The notes beneath the pieces are model-generated. The model did not search any database, was not told where the DNA came from, and saw only the letters and a program-made list of their open reading frames with translations. A DNA stretch of 64,000 nucleotides from Mustelus asterias. Taxonomy: Eukaryota. The stretch spans positions 1 through 64,000 of the forward strand of contig NW_027590172.1 of NCBI RefSeq assembly GCF_964213995.1. The letters are read 5' to 3'. Positions 23,285 through 36,966 of this stretch are shown piece after piece. Positions within the stretch are counted from its first letter, which is position 1; each line of letters starts with the position of its first letter. The position numbers and the translations under genes were made by a program.

Positions 23285-24125
23285 ATGGAGGATGCGAGGC
23301 TCCTTGACAGGGTGCAGAGGAGATTTATCAAAATGGTTCCAGGGATGAGGAATTATAGTTACAATGTTAGGCTGGATAACTTGGGGTTGTTCTCCTTGGA
23401 GCAAAGTAGATTGATAGAGGTGTACAAGGGTACGTGGAGGGTGTTGAAGTTTACATGCTCTGTTTACGCGTGTACACTCTGACTATGGGTCGTCCAGTCT
23501 CGAAACGTTGGTTCTATTCTCACTCCCCAGTGAGTGCAGACCTTTGGGGGCGTGCGGGGACGGGGGGAGGGGGGGGGCGCGGGGGTGGTGCCGGAGGTGG
23601 AGAGAATGTTTATCCTCCGACCCTGACCTTGACTCGGGAGCCGTAAAGGTTGGTGAGAGTCGTAGCGGACATGCCGAATTTCCTTAGTCTTCTGAGAAAG
23701 TAGAGGCGTTGGTGGGGCTTACTTATCGATGGTGTAATTTTTCATTCGAGAGAAGAAGGTTAAGAGGTGACTTAATAGAGGCGTACAAGATGATCAGAGG
23801 ATTAGATAGGGTGGACAGTGAGAGCCTTTTTCCTCGGATGGTGATAGCTAGCACGAGGGGACATAGCTTTAAATTGAGGGGTGATAGATATAGGACAGAT
23901 GTCAGAGGTAGGTTCTTTACTCAGAGAGTAGTAAGGGTGTGGAATTCCCTGCCTGCAGCAGTAGTGGACTCGCCAACATTAAGGGCATTTAAATGGTCAT
24001 TGGATAAACATATGGATGGTATTGGAATAGTGTAGATTAGAGGGGCTTTAGATTGGTTTCACAGGTCGGCGCAACATCGAGGGCTGAAGGGCCTGTACCG
24101 CGCTGTAACATTCTATGTTCTATGC
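23285..24125 (+). mobile_element. Mosaic of CR1 3' fragments with a small antisense Rex/Babar piece (23650-23715)
   Basis: RVQRRFIKMVPG and ERRRLRGDLIEAYKMIRG..FFTQRVVRVWN motifs; minus-strand QRLYFLRRLRKFGMS. Confidence 0.75.
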
Positions 24126-24239
24126 TATCAAATCTGCTGAGATTTTCCAGCATTTTCTGTTTTACTTTCCCTTTCTTTTTCCTTCTCTGTCACTGCTCTG
24201 CCTCATCAATAAGACATTGGGACTCAGAGGGTTGATGCA

Positions 24240-24730
24240 GTTTGATGGACAAGTTGTCTCCATTCTGAACACTGGGGAACAAGCGCCTCCCACTGATTGA
24301 CAACATTGCCCTCTACAAACATGGCGGCCGCACGTGCGCACTGCTGCATATTGCCCCCAATAAAGATGGCGAACGTTAACGAACATGAGGAGCTGCAGTC
24401 CTGCTCGGTACAAACTGGGTCCGGGAAGCTCTCTTCCGCGGTTTGCGGCTTACACAACATGCTTACGCAGCGTTTCCACCCACCTGGGCGATCCATTGCT
24501 CTCTCCGTACCGCCAATCACCTCGAACAGATTTCCGAGCCCAAAACAAAAGCCGCCTCCATTGCCATTACTCACACTGCGCATGCTCAAGTCAAAGCTGG
24601 CCCCGCCCCTCATTCACTTCTATTGGTTGGAGGACCGACCGCTCCAGATCGGGCCTCCAGTACTGCCCCCTCTTCCTATTGGTCCGCGCTGCCGTCAATC
24701 AGCTGGGCATTGTGACGGTAACTTGCTGTT
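24240..24730 (-). promoter_or_regulatory. Putative CpG-island ZNF promoter (inverted paralog of 58080-58570)
   Basis: Two CCAAT boxes, GC box, TGCGCATGC NRF1-like motif, YY1-like CGCCATGTT / CGCCATCTT. Confidence 0.7.
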
Positions 24731-24756
24731 TGTCCAATAATCACAGTGACAGAGTC

Positions 24757-24940
24757 TCAGTGTAACAATGACACACACAGGCTCCAATACACTCAGAGTG
24801 GGGATGGAGCACAGAGACAACACAGCAAAGCACTGACTTACTCTGAGTGTAACAATGACACACACAGGCTCCAATACAATCAGAGTGGGGATGGAGCACA
24901 GAGACAACACAGCAAAGCACTGACTTACTCTGAGTGTAAC
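24757..24940. repeat. Tandem duplication of an ~87-bp unit
   Basis: GTGTAACAATGACAC..GCACTGACTTACTCT present twice. Confidence 0.85.
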
Positions 24941-27900
24941 AGATACAATGTTTGTTCAAATAATAAGAGTCACGTTGCAGTATGTTAGTGAACACAGCAT
25001 TAGATCCAATGTAATGGTAATACAGTCAGTATCTAGTGCACCATAACCAAAGTTTAGGTTTCATTTGATAGTGTGAGTGAGTCATGGTCCATTGATATAA
25101 TGTATTTAGATTCCGGTGTGTGTTACTCTGCCACTGTCAGTATCAAACAATAACCTGTCTGTTATTCCAATTCTGCTGTATTTTACAACTGCAGCTCCTG
25201 GGGCTGATTGGAGTCTGGTATAATAATCACTGAGGTCGGTTTCAGTGTCTCTGAGGTCATTTTAACTGCAGATAATCTGACATTAAGGGAGACAAGAGGC
25301 CCAACAAACATTTGATTATAATAGGAGGACAAAGTGTAAGGGAACAATGATATTTTAAGGTGTCTGTGTTATGGTGAGTGTCACTGGGAGGTGAGTGATA
25401 AAATACAAGTCGAAACATCATGACAGAGGCACATGCGACTGACTCGGCCTGACTGAGAGCTGTTATACTCAAGGGGAGAATAATGAGGACATGGGGAACT
25501 CCAGGGATTTCTGATATCTGAGGTGTATCTGTTCGAGGAACTGAAAATAATCAGTTCCTTCTCATGGTTATCTGCAATTCTCAAGTTACACACAGGAAAC
25601 AGATCTGAAGGCTCATCAAACCCAATGGTTTAATCTTCTGTTTGAGACACATTGTGACTGAAAAGATCAAACATTAAAACCTCAGGAGAGAAACATTCAG
25701 AATGTCACAAAGATGAGTGAACTGTCCAATTAATCCCATTGACCATAACTCTGCCAATTTACCTTCTGCAAGTATTTATCCAATTCCCTTTGAAAGTTGC
25801 TATTAAACCTGCTTCTAGCACCTGTCAGTTTGTGCATTCCAGATCATATCCAGTTATTGTGTAAAAAATTTTCCTTATCACCCCCTCCAGTTCTGTTGTC
25901 AATTATATTAAATCTCTGTATCCTCTGCTTACAGACCCTCCTGCACCTGGGAAATAGATTCTCACCATCGACAGACTTCCTGCTCCTGGGAGATAGTGTC
26001 AATGGAGAGAAACTATCATAAATCATTTGTCATTTGAAACATCTCTATTAAATCGCCCCATCACATTCCCTAATCTAAGATGGATAACCCATGTTTTTCC
26101 TGCCCTGAAGAATTATATGGACTCAAAATGTTAACTGTTTCTCTCTCAACAGATGCCGCCGGATCTGCTGGGTTTTTCTGCTTCTCTCCCTGTTTTTCCT
26201 TCTATAATCAATCAGAAACTCTTCATGATTTTGAACATGTCGATTAAATAGGAACACACAGAGCCTGAGAAAGTTACAGAGGAAGAGAGAGACGGAAAGG
26301 CTGAGAGAAAAATTGAGGAAGATTTTAAAAAGCAGAAAGATGAGGAAGGTCAAAGATAAAAGCTGAGAAATAGAGGAAACAAGCAATACAGAGAGAATGA
26401 TATAAAATATAAGGGAGCAGGCTATCAGTTCCCAGCTACAGGGAACAGAGGGAACTCAGTAACTGATCCACAGACACAGCTGGTTTTATCTGCGAATGGA
26501 AACTCTGAACAGAAATAACTGGTTCATTTGTAAATGTCACCACAATGTGACCTGTGAGACTCTGCTCTGACTCTGTGTCCAAATAAAGGCCGCATTGACA
26601 GATGTTCTCACCAGATTGTGGTCCCTGGATTTATTTTCTGCTCAGAAGTGAGATGTGAGGTTTGGAGCCGGCAGCAGAGAAACAGGAAGTTGTGTTACCT
26701 GAGAATGAAACAGCCGGCGTCAGTTTGATGTTATCACCGTGAACAGTCTTCCTGCCTGTGAGGGTGAACTCACTCTGACAGCATCAAGAACAACCACACA
26801 GATTGCTACTGGTCTCAGCATTACATTCACCTCCATTCCCATTTTAAACAATAAAGAAAGGAGATTATTTGGATTTTTAACACATTCACTGAATTGGGAG
26901 ATGGACTGAGGGTCATCACTGGGAGAAATGAGGAGGAATTAGAGAACAAATCAATTTTCCCAAAGAGGGTTATTAGAAAAGAGGAGATTTAAAGTGAGTC
27001 AGGGCCTGTCAGAGGCAGTGGGAGAGAGAAACAAAGAGGATTGAATCTCCATTAATTAGATGTTTTCTCAGACAGCGAAGAGAGATGAAGTTTGTTTGTG
27101 CTTTTTCAGAGAGAGGTAGTGAGAGAGAGAAAAGTTTGAGCAGATCTGAAATAGGAAGGTTAAATGAGTGAGTGTTTGAAAGAAAGATAGAGAGACATTA
27201 AGTGATGAACACAGTATCTGAGAGGAGAGAGGTTAAGTAAATGTGAGAGAGGAACGAGGTTAGAATGTAAGAGAGATGGAAGGTGAGGTGTGAGTGAATG
27301 CCTGGAGAGAGAGAGAGAGAGAGACGTTCAGTGAGTGTGAGAGAGATGTTGAGCGATTGAGTTTCTGAGAGAGAGGAGATGTTGAGTGAGTGATTGTCTA
27401 AAAGAGAGGAGAGGAGGTTCACACCCAGGGGTCACTGAGAATGATCAAAATAAGGAGATCACCCAGAAAACTACCAACAGGAAACTTCAGCTGAACACAT
27501 CACTCATTCTTAAATGATCAGTCAGGGCTCTGATGCTGCTCAGCTTCTCTCTGTTCTGTTTATAATGGTTAAAGGCTGATAGGAGTGAGGTTTATTTGAA
27601 ACGATAGTGTATGGGAAGCACACATCAACAAAACTGAGAATTCTTGGACACACACTGCAGCTCCTTCTCTATCTGGGAATCAAATTGTTGTCTCATTGCC
27701 CCAGCAGTTAACAGGCTCCTTTGAACGTCTCCAGCTCCTCCTTTAATGCAGACTTCAACCAATTTATTTGAAGCCAGTTTCTGTTCAATAAACCAGGACT
27801 GACACACACACACATTAAAATGTTTTACACTTTTTTTCATTTTTAGTCTGGAAACCTAAACCTGCCGTTTCACTCTCAGTCAGGAATAGATCCCAGTTTT

Positions 27901-28385
27901 ACACCAATCTTTGACAGCACGTTTCCAGCATTCACCGTTGTTCTTCCTGACTCTAAACACAGTTGTAAAGGAGCTTCTGTTCCGGGTCTAGGAGCTCTGA
28001 ACCATGGAAAAGAACGACTGGGACACATTTCTTACACACCTCAGGATTCACCCACACGGGGACTTTGCTGTCAGTGAAAAGTGACGAAAAAGACCAAAGT
28101 GCTGTTTGTCCCTCTCAGCGTGACCCTGAAGGACTGTGTCAAGAATGAAGTTCTGTTCCTACTGTATGATCCTCCCTCAGATTGCCCTTTCTGAGCTCCA
28201 GCCTGGTGACGTTAAACACTCAAATGGAAAAGACAAAAATCTACAACAATGATTCAATCAAATGTCTATTTCACATTTATTCAGAATATCAAACCTCAAC
28301 AGAAGAAAAAAGTCAGAGTGAAGATGATTCAGACCTGGATATGATTAACAGCATCGATAAGTGTAGAATCCAAACCTTGCAGTCG

Positions 28386-29648
28386 TTTGTGAACTTGCTG
28401 GTGTGTTAGCAGGTTAGAAATCATAGAAATCATAGAAACCCTACAGTGCAGAAGGAGGCCATTCAGCCCATCGAGTCTGCACCGACCACAATCCCAACCA
28501 GGCCCTACCCCCACATATTTACCTGCTAATCCCACTAACCTACGCATCTCAGGGGCAATTTTTTTAACCTGGCCAATCAACCTAACCCGCACATCTTTGG
28601 ACTGTGAGAGGAAACCGGAGCACCCGGAGGAAACCCACGCAGACACAGGGAGAACGTGCAAACTCCACACAGACAGTGACCCGAGCCGGGAATCGAACCC
28701 GGGACCCTGGAGCTGTGAAGCAGCAGTGCTAACCACTGTGCTACCGTGCCACCATTAGATGACTGAATAAATCCCTTTCCACAGACGTTACAGGTGAACG
28801 GCCTCTCCCCAGTGTGAACTCACTGGTGGTTCAATAGGTTGGGTGAAAGAGTGAATCCCTTCCCACATACGGAGCAAGTGAATGGCCTCTCCTCACTGTG
28901 AACCTGCTGGTGTGTCAGAAGGTTGTATGAACGGGTGAATCCCTTCCCACATTCAGAGCAGGTGAACGGTCGATCCCCTGTATGGAGCTGCTGGTGTATC
29001 AGAAGGTTGGATGAATTAATGAATCCCTTCCCACAGTCTGAGCAGGTGAAGGGCCTCTCCCCAGTGTGAATTCTCTGGTGGTTCAGTTGGGCAGATGGGC
29101 GGCTGAATCCCTTCCCCCACACACAGCAGGTGAATGGCCTCTCCCCAGTGTGAGTATATTGGTGCGTCAGCAGATCCTTTTTGTTTTTAAAGCCCTTCTC
29201 ACAGTCAGAACAATTAAAAAGTTTGTTGTCAGAGTGAACAAGTTGATGTGTCTGCAGGTGGGATGACTGAATGAATCCTTTCCCACACACAGAGCAGGTG
29301 AACGGTCTCTCCCCAGTGTGAATTCGTTGGTGTGTCAGCAGATCTTTTTTGCATTTAAAACTCTTCTCAGTCAGAACATGGAAACAGTCTCTCATCAGTG
29401 TGAACAAGTTGGTGTGTCACAATGTGGGATGAGCGAGTGAATCCCTTCCCACACACAGGGCAGGTGAACAGCCTCTCCCCAGTGTGAACCCGTTGGTGAG
29501 TCAGAAGGTTGTATGAATGGGTGAATCCCTTCCCACAGACGGAGCAGGTGAACGGTCTCTCCCCAGTGTGACTGCACCAATGAACTTCCAGTTGTGATGG
29601 GAAACCGAATCCTTTCCCGCACTCCACACATTTCCACGGTTTCTCCAT
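28386..29648 (-). pseudogene. C2H2 ZNF, frameshifted after finger 3, with a SINE inside the last finger
   Basis: ATG 29648 (CACCATGG); ORFs 29367-29717 and 28820-29407 are in different frames; about 11 fingers in total. Confidence 0.8.
28417..28751 (-). mobile_element. HE1-like SINE
   Basis: Full-length copy interrupting ..QSSN|LLTHQQVH. Confidence 0.9.
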
Positions 29649-30496
29649 GGTGCTGGTGCCCTTGTTTCTCCAGGTTGGATGATCAGTTGAAACCTCGTCC
29701 ACACACACAACATACATGTAGTTTCACCCTGCTGTGAACTGTGTGATGTTCTTTCAGACTGTGGACTGGTTAAAGCTCTTTCCACAGTCAGTTCACTGGA
29801 ACACTCTCAATCGGGTGTGTGTTTGTTTCACTGCTTTTTCGGTCACACTGATGTTTAAAATCTTTGCCGACAGACAGAAGAGTCAAACATTTCTCCTCCC
29901 ATATTCAAAGACCAATGATATTCAGCTCCGAATGAACAAAATGACTTTGCGAGTCATGATGTTCGGTTTGAGTTTTCTGTCTGCCAATCCTCCACTTCCA
30001 ATATCCTGTAAAAAAAATTTGGAAAAGTCATCAGCGTCAGTCCGGGATAGAAATTCTGAACAGACAATTCTAGTTTCTCTGGGACATTTTTTCCTCTCTT
30101 GTTCCCCAAAATCTGTAAATCCCTGTACCACACACTCTCCCTCCTCCCTGGGCTGAAATCCAAACCCATCTCAATGGGTGAGGGTGTGACGTCACAATGG
30201 AAGGGGTGAGGGTTCCAGATGAGCTGAGACTGGGCTGGAGTCGGGCAATGGCACTGACATGTGGCCCGGTGGCACAGTGGTTAGTGCAGCTGCCTAACAG
30301 CGCCAGGGACCCGGGTTCAATTCCAGCCTCGGGTCGCTGTGAGGAATTTGCACATTCTCCCTGTGTCTGTGTGGGTTTTCTCCAGGTGCTCCGGTTTCCT
30401 CCCACAGTCCAAAGATCTGCAGGTTAGACGGATTGGCCATGATAAATTAAATTAACCCTTGGCATCAGCAGGATTGTATTCTGTAACTTGATTTTA

Positions 30497-31308
30497 GAAC
30501 ATAGAGAACATAGAAAAACAATGGAATACATAGACATAGAACAGTACAGCACAGAACAGGCCCTTCGGCCCACGATGTTGTGCCGAGCTTTATCTGAAAC
30601 CAAGATCAAGCTATCCCACTCCCTATCATCCTGGTGTGCTCCATGTGTCTATCCAATAACCGCTTAAATGTTCCTAAAGTGTCTGACTCCACTATCACTG
30701 CAGGCAGTCCATTCCACACCACAACCACTCTCTGCGTAAAGAACCTACCTCTGATATCCTTCCTATATCTCCCACCACGAACCCTATAGTTATGCCCCCT
30801 TGTAATAGCTCCATCCACCCGAGGAAATAGTCTTTGAACGTTCACTCTATCTATCCCCTTCATCATTTTATAAACCTCTATTAAGTCCCCCCTCAGCCTC
30901 CTCCGCTCCAGAGAGAACAGCCCCACCTCCCTCAACCTTTCCTCATAAGACCTACCCTCCAAACCAGGCAGCATCCTGGTAAATCTCCTCTGCACTCTTT
31001 CCAGCGCTTCCACATCCTTCTTATAGTGAGCTGACCAGAACTGCACACAATATTCCAAATGTGGTCTCACCAAGGTTCTGTACAGTTGCAGCATAACCCT
31101 ACGGCTCTTAAGCTCCAACCCCCTGTTAATAAAAGCTAACACACTATAGGCCTTCTTCACAGCTCTATCAACTTGAGTGGCAACCTTTAGAGATCTGTGG
31201 ATATGGACCCCAAGATCTCTCTGTTCCTCCACAGTCTTCAGAACCCTACCTTTGACCCTGTAATCCACATTTAAATTAGTCCTACCAAAATGAATCACCT
31301 CACAATTA
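30497..31308 (-). mobile_element. CR1/HER1 LINE 3' part with uninterrupted ORF2 C-terminus
   Basis: 243-aa ORF (EQRDLGVHI..LYRTLVRPHLEYCVQFWS..FFTQRVV), tail of TCTATGT repeats. Confidence 0.9.
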
Positions 31309-31310
31309 TC

Positions 31311-31439
31311 ATGGAATGGGTGAAGGTGTGACGTCACAATGGAATGGGTGAGGGTGTGACATCACAATGGAATGGGTGAGGGTGTGACGTCACAATGGAA
31401 TGGGTGTGGGTGTGACGTCAGAATGGAATGGGTGAGGGT
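31311..31439. repeat. 28-bp tandem repeat (about 4.6 units) carrying CRE palindromes
   Basis: Unit ATGGAATGGGTGAGGGTGTGACGTCACA; TGACGTCA at 31329, 31385 and 31413. Confidence 0.9.
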
Positions 31440-31489
31440 TCCAGATGAGCTGAGACTGGGCTGGAGTCGGGCGATGGCACTGACATGTG

Positions 31490-31782
31490 GCCCGGTGGCA
31501 CAGTGGTTAGTGCAGCTGCTTAACAGCACCAGGGACCCGGGTTCAATTCCAGCCTCGGGTCGCTGTCTGTGCAGAGTTTCTACATTCTCCCCGTGTCTGT
31601 GTGGGTTTCCTCCGGGTGTTCCGGTTTCCTTCCACAGTCCAAAGATGTGCTGGTTAGACGGATTGGCCATCATAAATTGCCACTTGGTATCAGGGGGATT
31701 AACAGGTAAATATGTGGATAAGGCCTGGATGGGATTGTTGTCGGTGCAGGCTCGATGGGCTGAATGGCCTCCTTCTACACTG
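31490..31782 (+). mobile_element. HE1-like SINE (partial duplicate at 30265-30445)
   Basis: Family head and body. Shares diagnostic variants and 5' flank with the 30265 copy. Confidence 0.8.
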
Positions 31783-32202
31783 TATTTTATTATTCATTCT
31801 TATAAATTAATTACTTCTTTGAATGAAGGTGGTCTTGATGATGATGTGGACGTGGCTGGAAGCTCATCTTGGGATGAACTATTTCACCCTGGTTGTGAAC
31901 AGCCTGGTTCAGCCTCAGACAGTTGCCAGGAGGAGAGATAAAGTTGTTGGCGAGGGAGTGGAGTTTGTAGTGGGGACTGAACACAATGGGTTCAGTCTTC
32001 CCAGTATTGATATGAAATAAATTTCTGTTCTTTCAGTACTGGATGTCAGACAAGTCCGGATGGTGTGTGGGTTGGAGAGGAACTTGGAGCTGATGGTGTT
32101 CACAGGGTTTGGAAATTCTGTCAAAGTTCCTGTTGAGTTGTAGATGTATAAAATCTCTCTCCTCACTTCTGGCCTCCTACTTCCCTCTGTTTCCACTCAG
32201 AG

Positions 32203-32585
32203 TGTGGAGATGCCGGCGTTGAACTGGGGTAAGCACGGAAAGAAGTCTCACAACACCAGGTTAAAGTCCAACAGGTTTATTTGGTAGCACAAGCCTTTCG
32301 GAGCGCTGCTCCTTCATCAGGTGAGTGGGAGTTCTGTTCACAAACAGGGCACAAAGACACAAACTCAATTTACAAAATAATGGTTGGAATGCGAGTCTTT
32401 ACAGGTAATCAAATCTTAAAGGTACAGACAATGTGAGTGGAGAGAGGGTTAAGCACAGGTTAAATAGATGTGTATTGTCTCCAGCCAGGACAGTTAGTGA
32501 GATTTTGCAAGCCCAGGCAAGTCGTGGGGGTTACAGATCGTGTGACATGAACCCAAGATCCCAGTTGAGGCCGTCCTCATATGTG
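32203..32585 (-). mobile_element. Penelope-like element 3' end with hammerhead motif
   Basis: GIY-YIG C-terminal EDGLNWDLGFMSH, CTGATGA..GAAA core at 32288-32323, AATAAA, terminus ..GCCGGCATCTCCACA. Confidence 0.8.
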
Positions 32586-32799
32586 ATTGACAGATCCATG
32601 CTCACTGCTTCCTGCCCTGGACGCAGAGTGCTGAAACTTTCCATGCAGGCGGCCAGACAGATCAATGTCTACATTAGTGGAGTAAAAATGTGTGGAATAT
32701 ACAGACCGAATTCACTTCATTCCCTTCAGTTGCTGCAAGTCCCCAATTTCCCCCAGAATGAGAAAAGAAATGGAAAGGGGGAAACATTGATTTCCTCCC

Positions 32800-33291
32800 A
32801 GATGTTGTCCAGAGGAGGAAGTTTCACTCTGAAGCTCATTGGACCACATCCACATTGTGACGTCACAATAGAGCCCTGCCTGAATCAGCCAACAGGAGTC
32901 ACTCTGCTCCGCGGTGATGTCTCCGGGTTCCAGTGCGCAGGCCCGGACGCGCGGACCCGGGAGCCCCGCCCCCACCCATTGTTCCCCCTCCCCTGACACC
33001 TCCTTGAGTCAAGGTTTCCAGGCAACCGGCTGATGGCTCCGGCCAGAACGAGAAGCTGCTCGGTGATCTCCCCTTCCCCCTGGCCCGGGACTGCGCATGT
33101 GCGGGGGAGAGGGAAAGCTGCGCATGTGCGGGGGAGAACCCACCCTCTGATCTTCATGCTGAGGTGTTGACCAATGGGAAGAGTTGGAGGACCGGAAGGA
33201 TTCTGGTCTTCCGGCCAATCTGAGCGCAGGCTTTGTGTGAATGAAGATTGATCTTCAGACTGACTGAAACTTCCTCCTGTCGCTAATATCT
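32800..33291. promoter_or_regulatory. Putative bidirectional CpG promoter
   Basis: CRE about 32858, three CCAAT boxes, two TGCGCATGTGCG motifs, donor ATCT|GTGAGT at 33291/33292. Confidence 0.7.
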
Positions 33292-33439
33292 GTGAGTGAA
33301 ACACTTTCTTTTCTCCCCCTTTCCATTTCTTTTCTCATTCTGGGGGAAATTGGGGACTTGCAGCAACTGAAGGGAAAGGAAGTGAATCCAGGGAGGGTGC
33401 AGACTCTGGAAAGGTTGGCCCAGGTCTCTCTCTCTCTCT

Positions 33440-35700
33440 TAAACCAGAAAATGATCCATTTCTGCCCACTGTTTGCTGTTTGCCAATCTTCTATCCACGC
33501 CAATATGTCATCCCCGCAGCATGAATTTTTATTTGCTGCAATAACCTTTGATGTGGCACCTCATCAAATGTCTTCTGGAAATCTAAGTACAGCGCATCCA
33601 CTGGTTTCCCTTTATCCAATTCCCGATGGGGAATTTTAGAAAATTGACCGACACATCAACTATCTCACTCTGTTAAGACCCGAGAATGAAGCCCAGCAGG
33701 ACCCGAGGACTCATCAGCCCACAGCTCCAACAGTTTGCTGAGGACCACTTCCCTGGGAATTGTGCTTTTTCAGAGTTCATCCCACACTCCTGTTTTCTGA
33801 TTTCCAGTTGTTTCTGAGTTTTAACTGTATCCTCTATTGTGAACACCGAGGCAAAATACTTGTTCAATTCATCTCCCAGCTCCTTATTTTTCATTATCAA
33901 TTCCTGGACTCACTTTCTATTAAACAGTTAAGAAATGAGGTAGAGCAAGTGACTGAAGTGTCAGTCAGGGAGCACTATTGGGAGCACCAACAGTTTCAAA
34001 ATAGTTCAGGAAAAAGATAGGACAGGTCCACAGATCAAGGCCCTAAACTGGAGCAGGGCCACTTTTGTGGGCATTAGGCAGGATCTAGCAGATGTCGATT
34101 AGGTGAGTTTGTTTGAAGGGAAAGGAATGACTGGCAAATGGGAGGTTTTAAGAGTGTGATAAAGAGTCCAGGGGCAGTATATTCCTGTCAGGATGAAGGG
34201 AAAGAATGGTAAATTTAGGGATCCCTGGCTGACATGGGACATTGAGGCTCTGGTCAGGTAAAAGAAGGAAGCAGACATTGGGTTTAGACAATCGGGGACA
34301 AGTGAATCACTCGATGTCTCTTAAAAGTGTAAGAGAACACTTAAGAGGGTATGATATGGATCTGGCAGGTAAAGTTAAAGAAAATTTAACTTTAACACAG
34401 TCCAAAGATGTGTGGGTTAGGTTGATTGGCCATGCTAAAATTGCCCCTTAGTGTCCTGAGATGCGTAGGTTAGAGGAATTAGCGGGTAAATATGTCGGGA
34501 TATGGGGGTAGGGCCTGGGTGGGATTGTGGTCGGTGCAGATTCGATGGGCCAAATGGCCTCTTTCTGCACTGTATGGATTCTATGAAAATCCCAAGAGGT
34601 TCTATCGCGATATTAAGAGTAAAAGGGTGGCTAGAGAGAGAGAGAATAGGTCCCCTTAAAAATCAGCATGGCTATCTGAGGATGGAGTCACAGGAGATGG
34701 GTGCGATTTTTAATGAATATTTCTCCTTGGTGTTTCCTGAGGAGAACATGATGGATGCTGAAGAAATAAGAGAAAGAAGCTGTGATGTCTTGGACCACAT
34801 GCATATTACTCGGGAGGAGGTATCTGCAGCCTTAAAGTGCATTAAGGTGGATAAATCCCCTGGGTCTGATCAATTATATCTTCAGATCTTGTGGGAGGCT
34901 CAGGAAGGAATTACAGAGCCCCTTGCAGAGATATTTGTTTCATCTCTTTCTCCTGGTGAAGTTCTGGAAGAATAGAACATGTTAATGTTGTTCTGTTGTT
35001 TAAGAAGCGTAGCAAAGAGAAGCCTGGGAATTATAGGCCGGTAGTCTGACATCAGTGGTGGGTAAGTTACTGGAGGGGATTGTGAAGGACAGAATCTACC
35101 AACATTTGGATTCTGACGGTGTGATTAGGGATAGTCAGCACCGCTTTGTGCACGGGAAGTCATGTCTGACAAATCTTTTATTGTTTTCCGAAGAGGTAAT
35201 CCAGAGGATGGATGAGCAGGGCCACTTTTGTGGGCATTAGGCAGGATCGAGCAGATGTTGATTAGGTGAGTTTGTTTGAAGGGAAAGGAATGACTGGCAA
35301 ATGGAAGGTTTTAAAAGTGTGATATCAAGAATCCAGGGCAGTATATTCCTGTTAAGATGCAGGGAAAGAATGGTAAATTTAGGGATCTCTGGCAGACAAG
35401 GGACATTGAGGCTCTGGTCAGGTAAAAGAAGGAAGCATACATTGGGTTTAAAGATTAAAGAAAATTCCAAGAGGTTCTATAGCTATATTAAGAGTAAAAG
35501 GGTGGCTAGAGAGAGAATAGATCCCCTTAAAAATCAGTATGGCCATCTGTGTGTGGAGACACAGGAGATGGGTGAGATTTTTAATGAATACTTCTCCTCT
35601 GTGTTTACTGCGGAGAGCACCATGGGTGCTAAAGAAATAAGGGAAACAAGTGGTGATGTCTTGGGCACACACATGTTACTTGGGAGGAGGTATCTGCAGC
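33440..35700. mobile_element. Decayed CR1 ORF2 fragments (minus 33440-33915; plus 33920-35700 with internal duplication and SINE at 34396-34585)
   Basis: IKVDKSPGSD, IRDSQHRFVHGKSCLTNLL and LNKYFASVFT motifs. Confidence 0.75.
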
Positions 35701-35705
35701 CTTAT

Positions 35706-35891
35706 AAAAGCAAATTACTGCGGATGCTGGAATCTGAAACCAAGAGAGAAAATGCTGGAAAATCTCAGCAGGTCTGGCAGCATCTGTAAGGAGAGAAAAG
35801 AGCTGATGTTTCTTGTCTCGATGACCCTTTGTCAAAGCTCTGAAACATCAGTTCTTTTCTCTCCATACAGATGCTGCCAGACCTGCTGAGA
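35706..35891. mobile_element. Penelope-derived inverted repeat (about 49-bp arms)
   Basis: 35764-35812 is nearly the reverse complement of 35842-35891. Confidence 0.75.
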
Positions 35892-36375
35892 ATGGGGAGA
35901 GAGTGTGTGGAATGGAGATTTACAGCTTCTGGGGAATGAGAGAGGAAAGAATGTTCCATAGAAATTGTCTGTTCTGAATTTCTATCCTGTACTGACACTG
36001 ATGACTTTTGTAAACTCATTTTACAGGATATTGAAAGAGGAATCACAGGCTGAAATCTCAAACGTCACGTCTAGATCTGACAGTCATATTCCTTGGGAGC
36101 TGAATATCATCGGACTTTGAATCTAGAAGGAGAAATGATTGTCCGGTCTGTTGATTTGAAAAGATTTCAAACATCAGTGTGACTGGAAAAGCAGCAACAC
36201 ACTGCCACACTCGAGTGAGAGTGTTCCAGTGCACTGACTAAAGAGCTTTAACCAGTCACACAGCCTGAATAAATATCACACCATTCACAGCGGGGAGAGA
36301 CTGTACCCGTGTTGTGTGTGTGGACAAAGTTTCAACTAATTGTCCACCCAAGAGAGCGGCAAGGACACCTGCACC

Positions 36376-36966
36376 ATGGAGAAACCATGGAAGTGTGCGG
36401 ACTGTGGGAAAAGATACGGATACCCATCTGAGCTCGAAGCGCATTGGCGCAGCCATACGGGGGAGAGGCCGTTCACCTGCTCTCAGTGTGGGGAGGGATT
36501 CAGTGATTCATCCGGCCAGCAAAGACACCAGCGAGTTCACACTGGGGAGAGACCGTTCACCTGCTCTCAGTGTGGGCAGGGATTCACTCAGTCATCCAAC
36601 CTGCGGACTCACCAGCGAGTTCACACTGGGGACAGACCATTCACTTGTTCTCAGTGTGGGAAGGGATTCAGTAATTCATCAGGCCTGCGAAGACACCAGC
36701 GAGTTCACACTGGGGAGAGACCATTTACCTGCTCTCAGTGTGGGAATGGATTCACTCAGTTATCCAGTCTGCGGACACACGAGCGAGTTCACACTGGGGA
36801 GAAACCATTTATGTGCACTCAGTGTGGGAAGGGATTCACTGACCTCTCAAACCTCTGCACACACCAGCGAGTTCACACTGGGGAGAGGCCATTCACCTGC
36901 TCTGTGTGTGGGAAGAGATTCAGAGTTTCATCCCACCTGCTGAGACACCAACAAGTTCACGAGTGA
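36376..36966 (+). CDS. C2H2 zinc-finger protein, 7 fingers
   Basis: Intact ORF from Kozak CACCATGG; acceptor TTTTACAG at 36026 with branch-like TACTGAC about 35990. Confidence 0.87.
   Translation: MEKPWKCADCGKRYGYPSELEAHWRSHTGERPFTCSQCGEGFSDSSGQQRHQRVHTGERPFTCSQCGQGFTQSSNLRTHQRVHTGDRPFTCSQCGKGFSNSSGLRRHQRVHTGERPFTCSQCGNGFTQLSSLRTHERVHTGEKPFMCTQCGKGFTDLSNLCTHQRVHTGERPFTCSVCGKRFRVSSHLLRHQQVHE

Noticed and set aside
25000-28300. Possible exons or promoter of a non-ZNF gene (ETS-like CAGGAAGT and donor-like sites near 26680-26700)
   Set aside because: Isolated short motifs in low-complexity GA-rich DNA; no ORF or paralog support.
33292-33639. Recurrent peptide ISFLILGEIGDLQQLKGKEVNPG in several ORFs
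   Set aside because: Reads through a polypyrimidine tract, and this frame has stops in the 21.4-kb and 55.7-kb copies.
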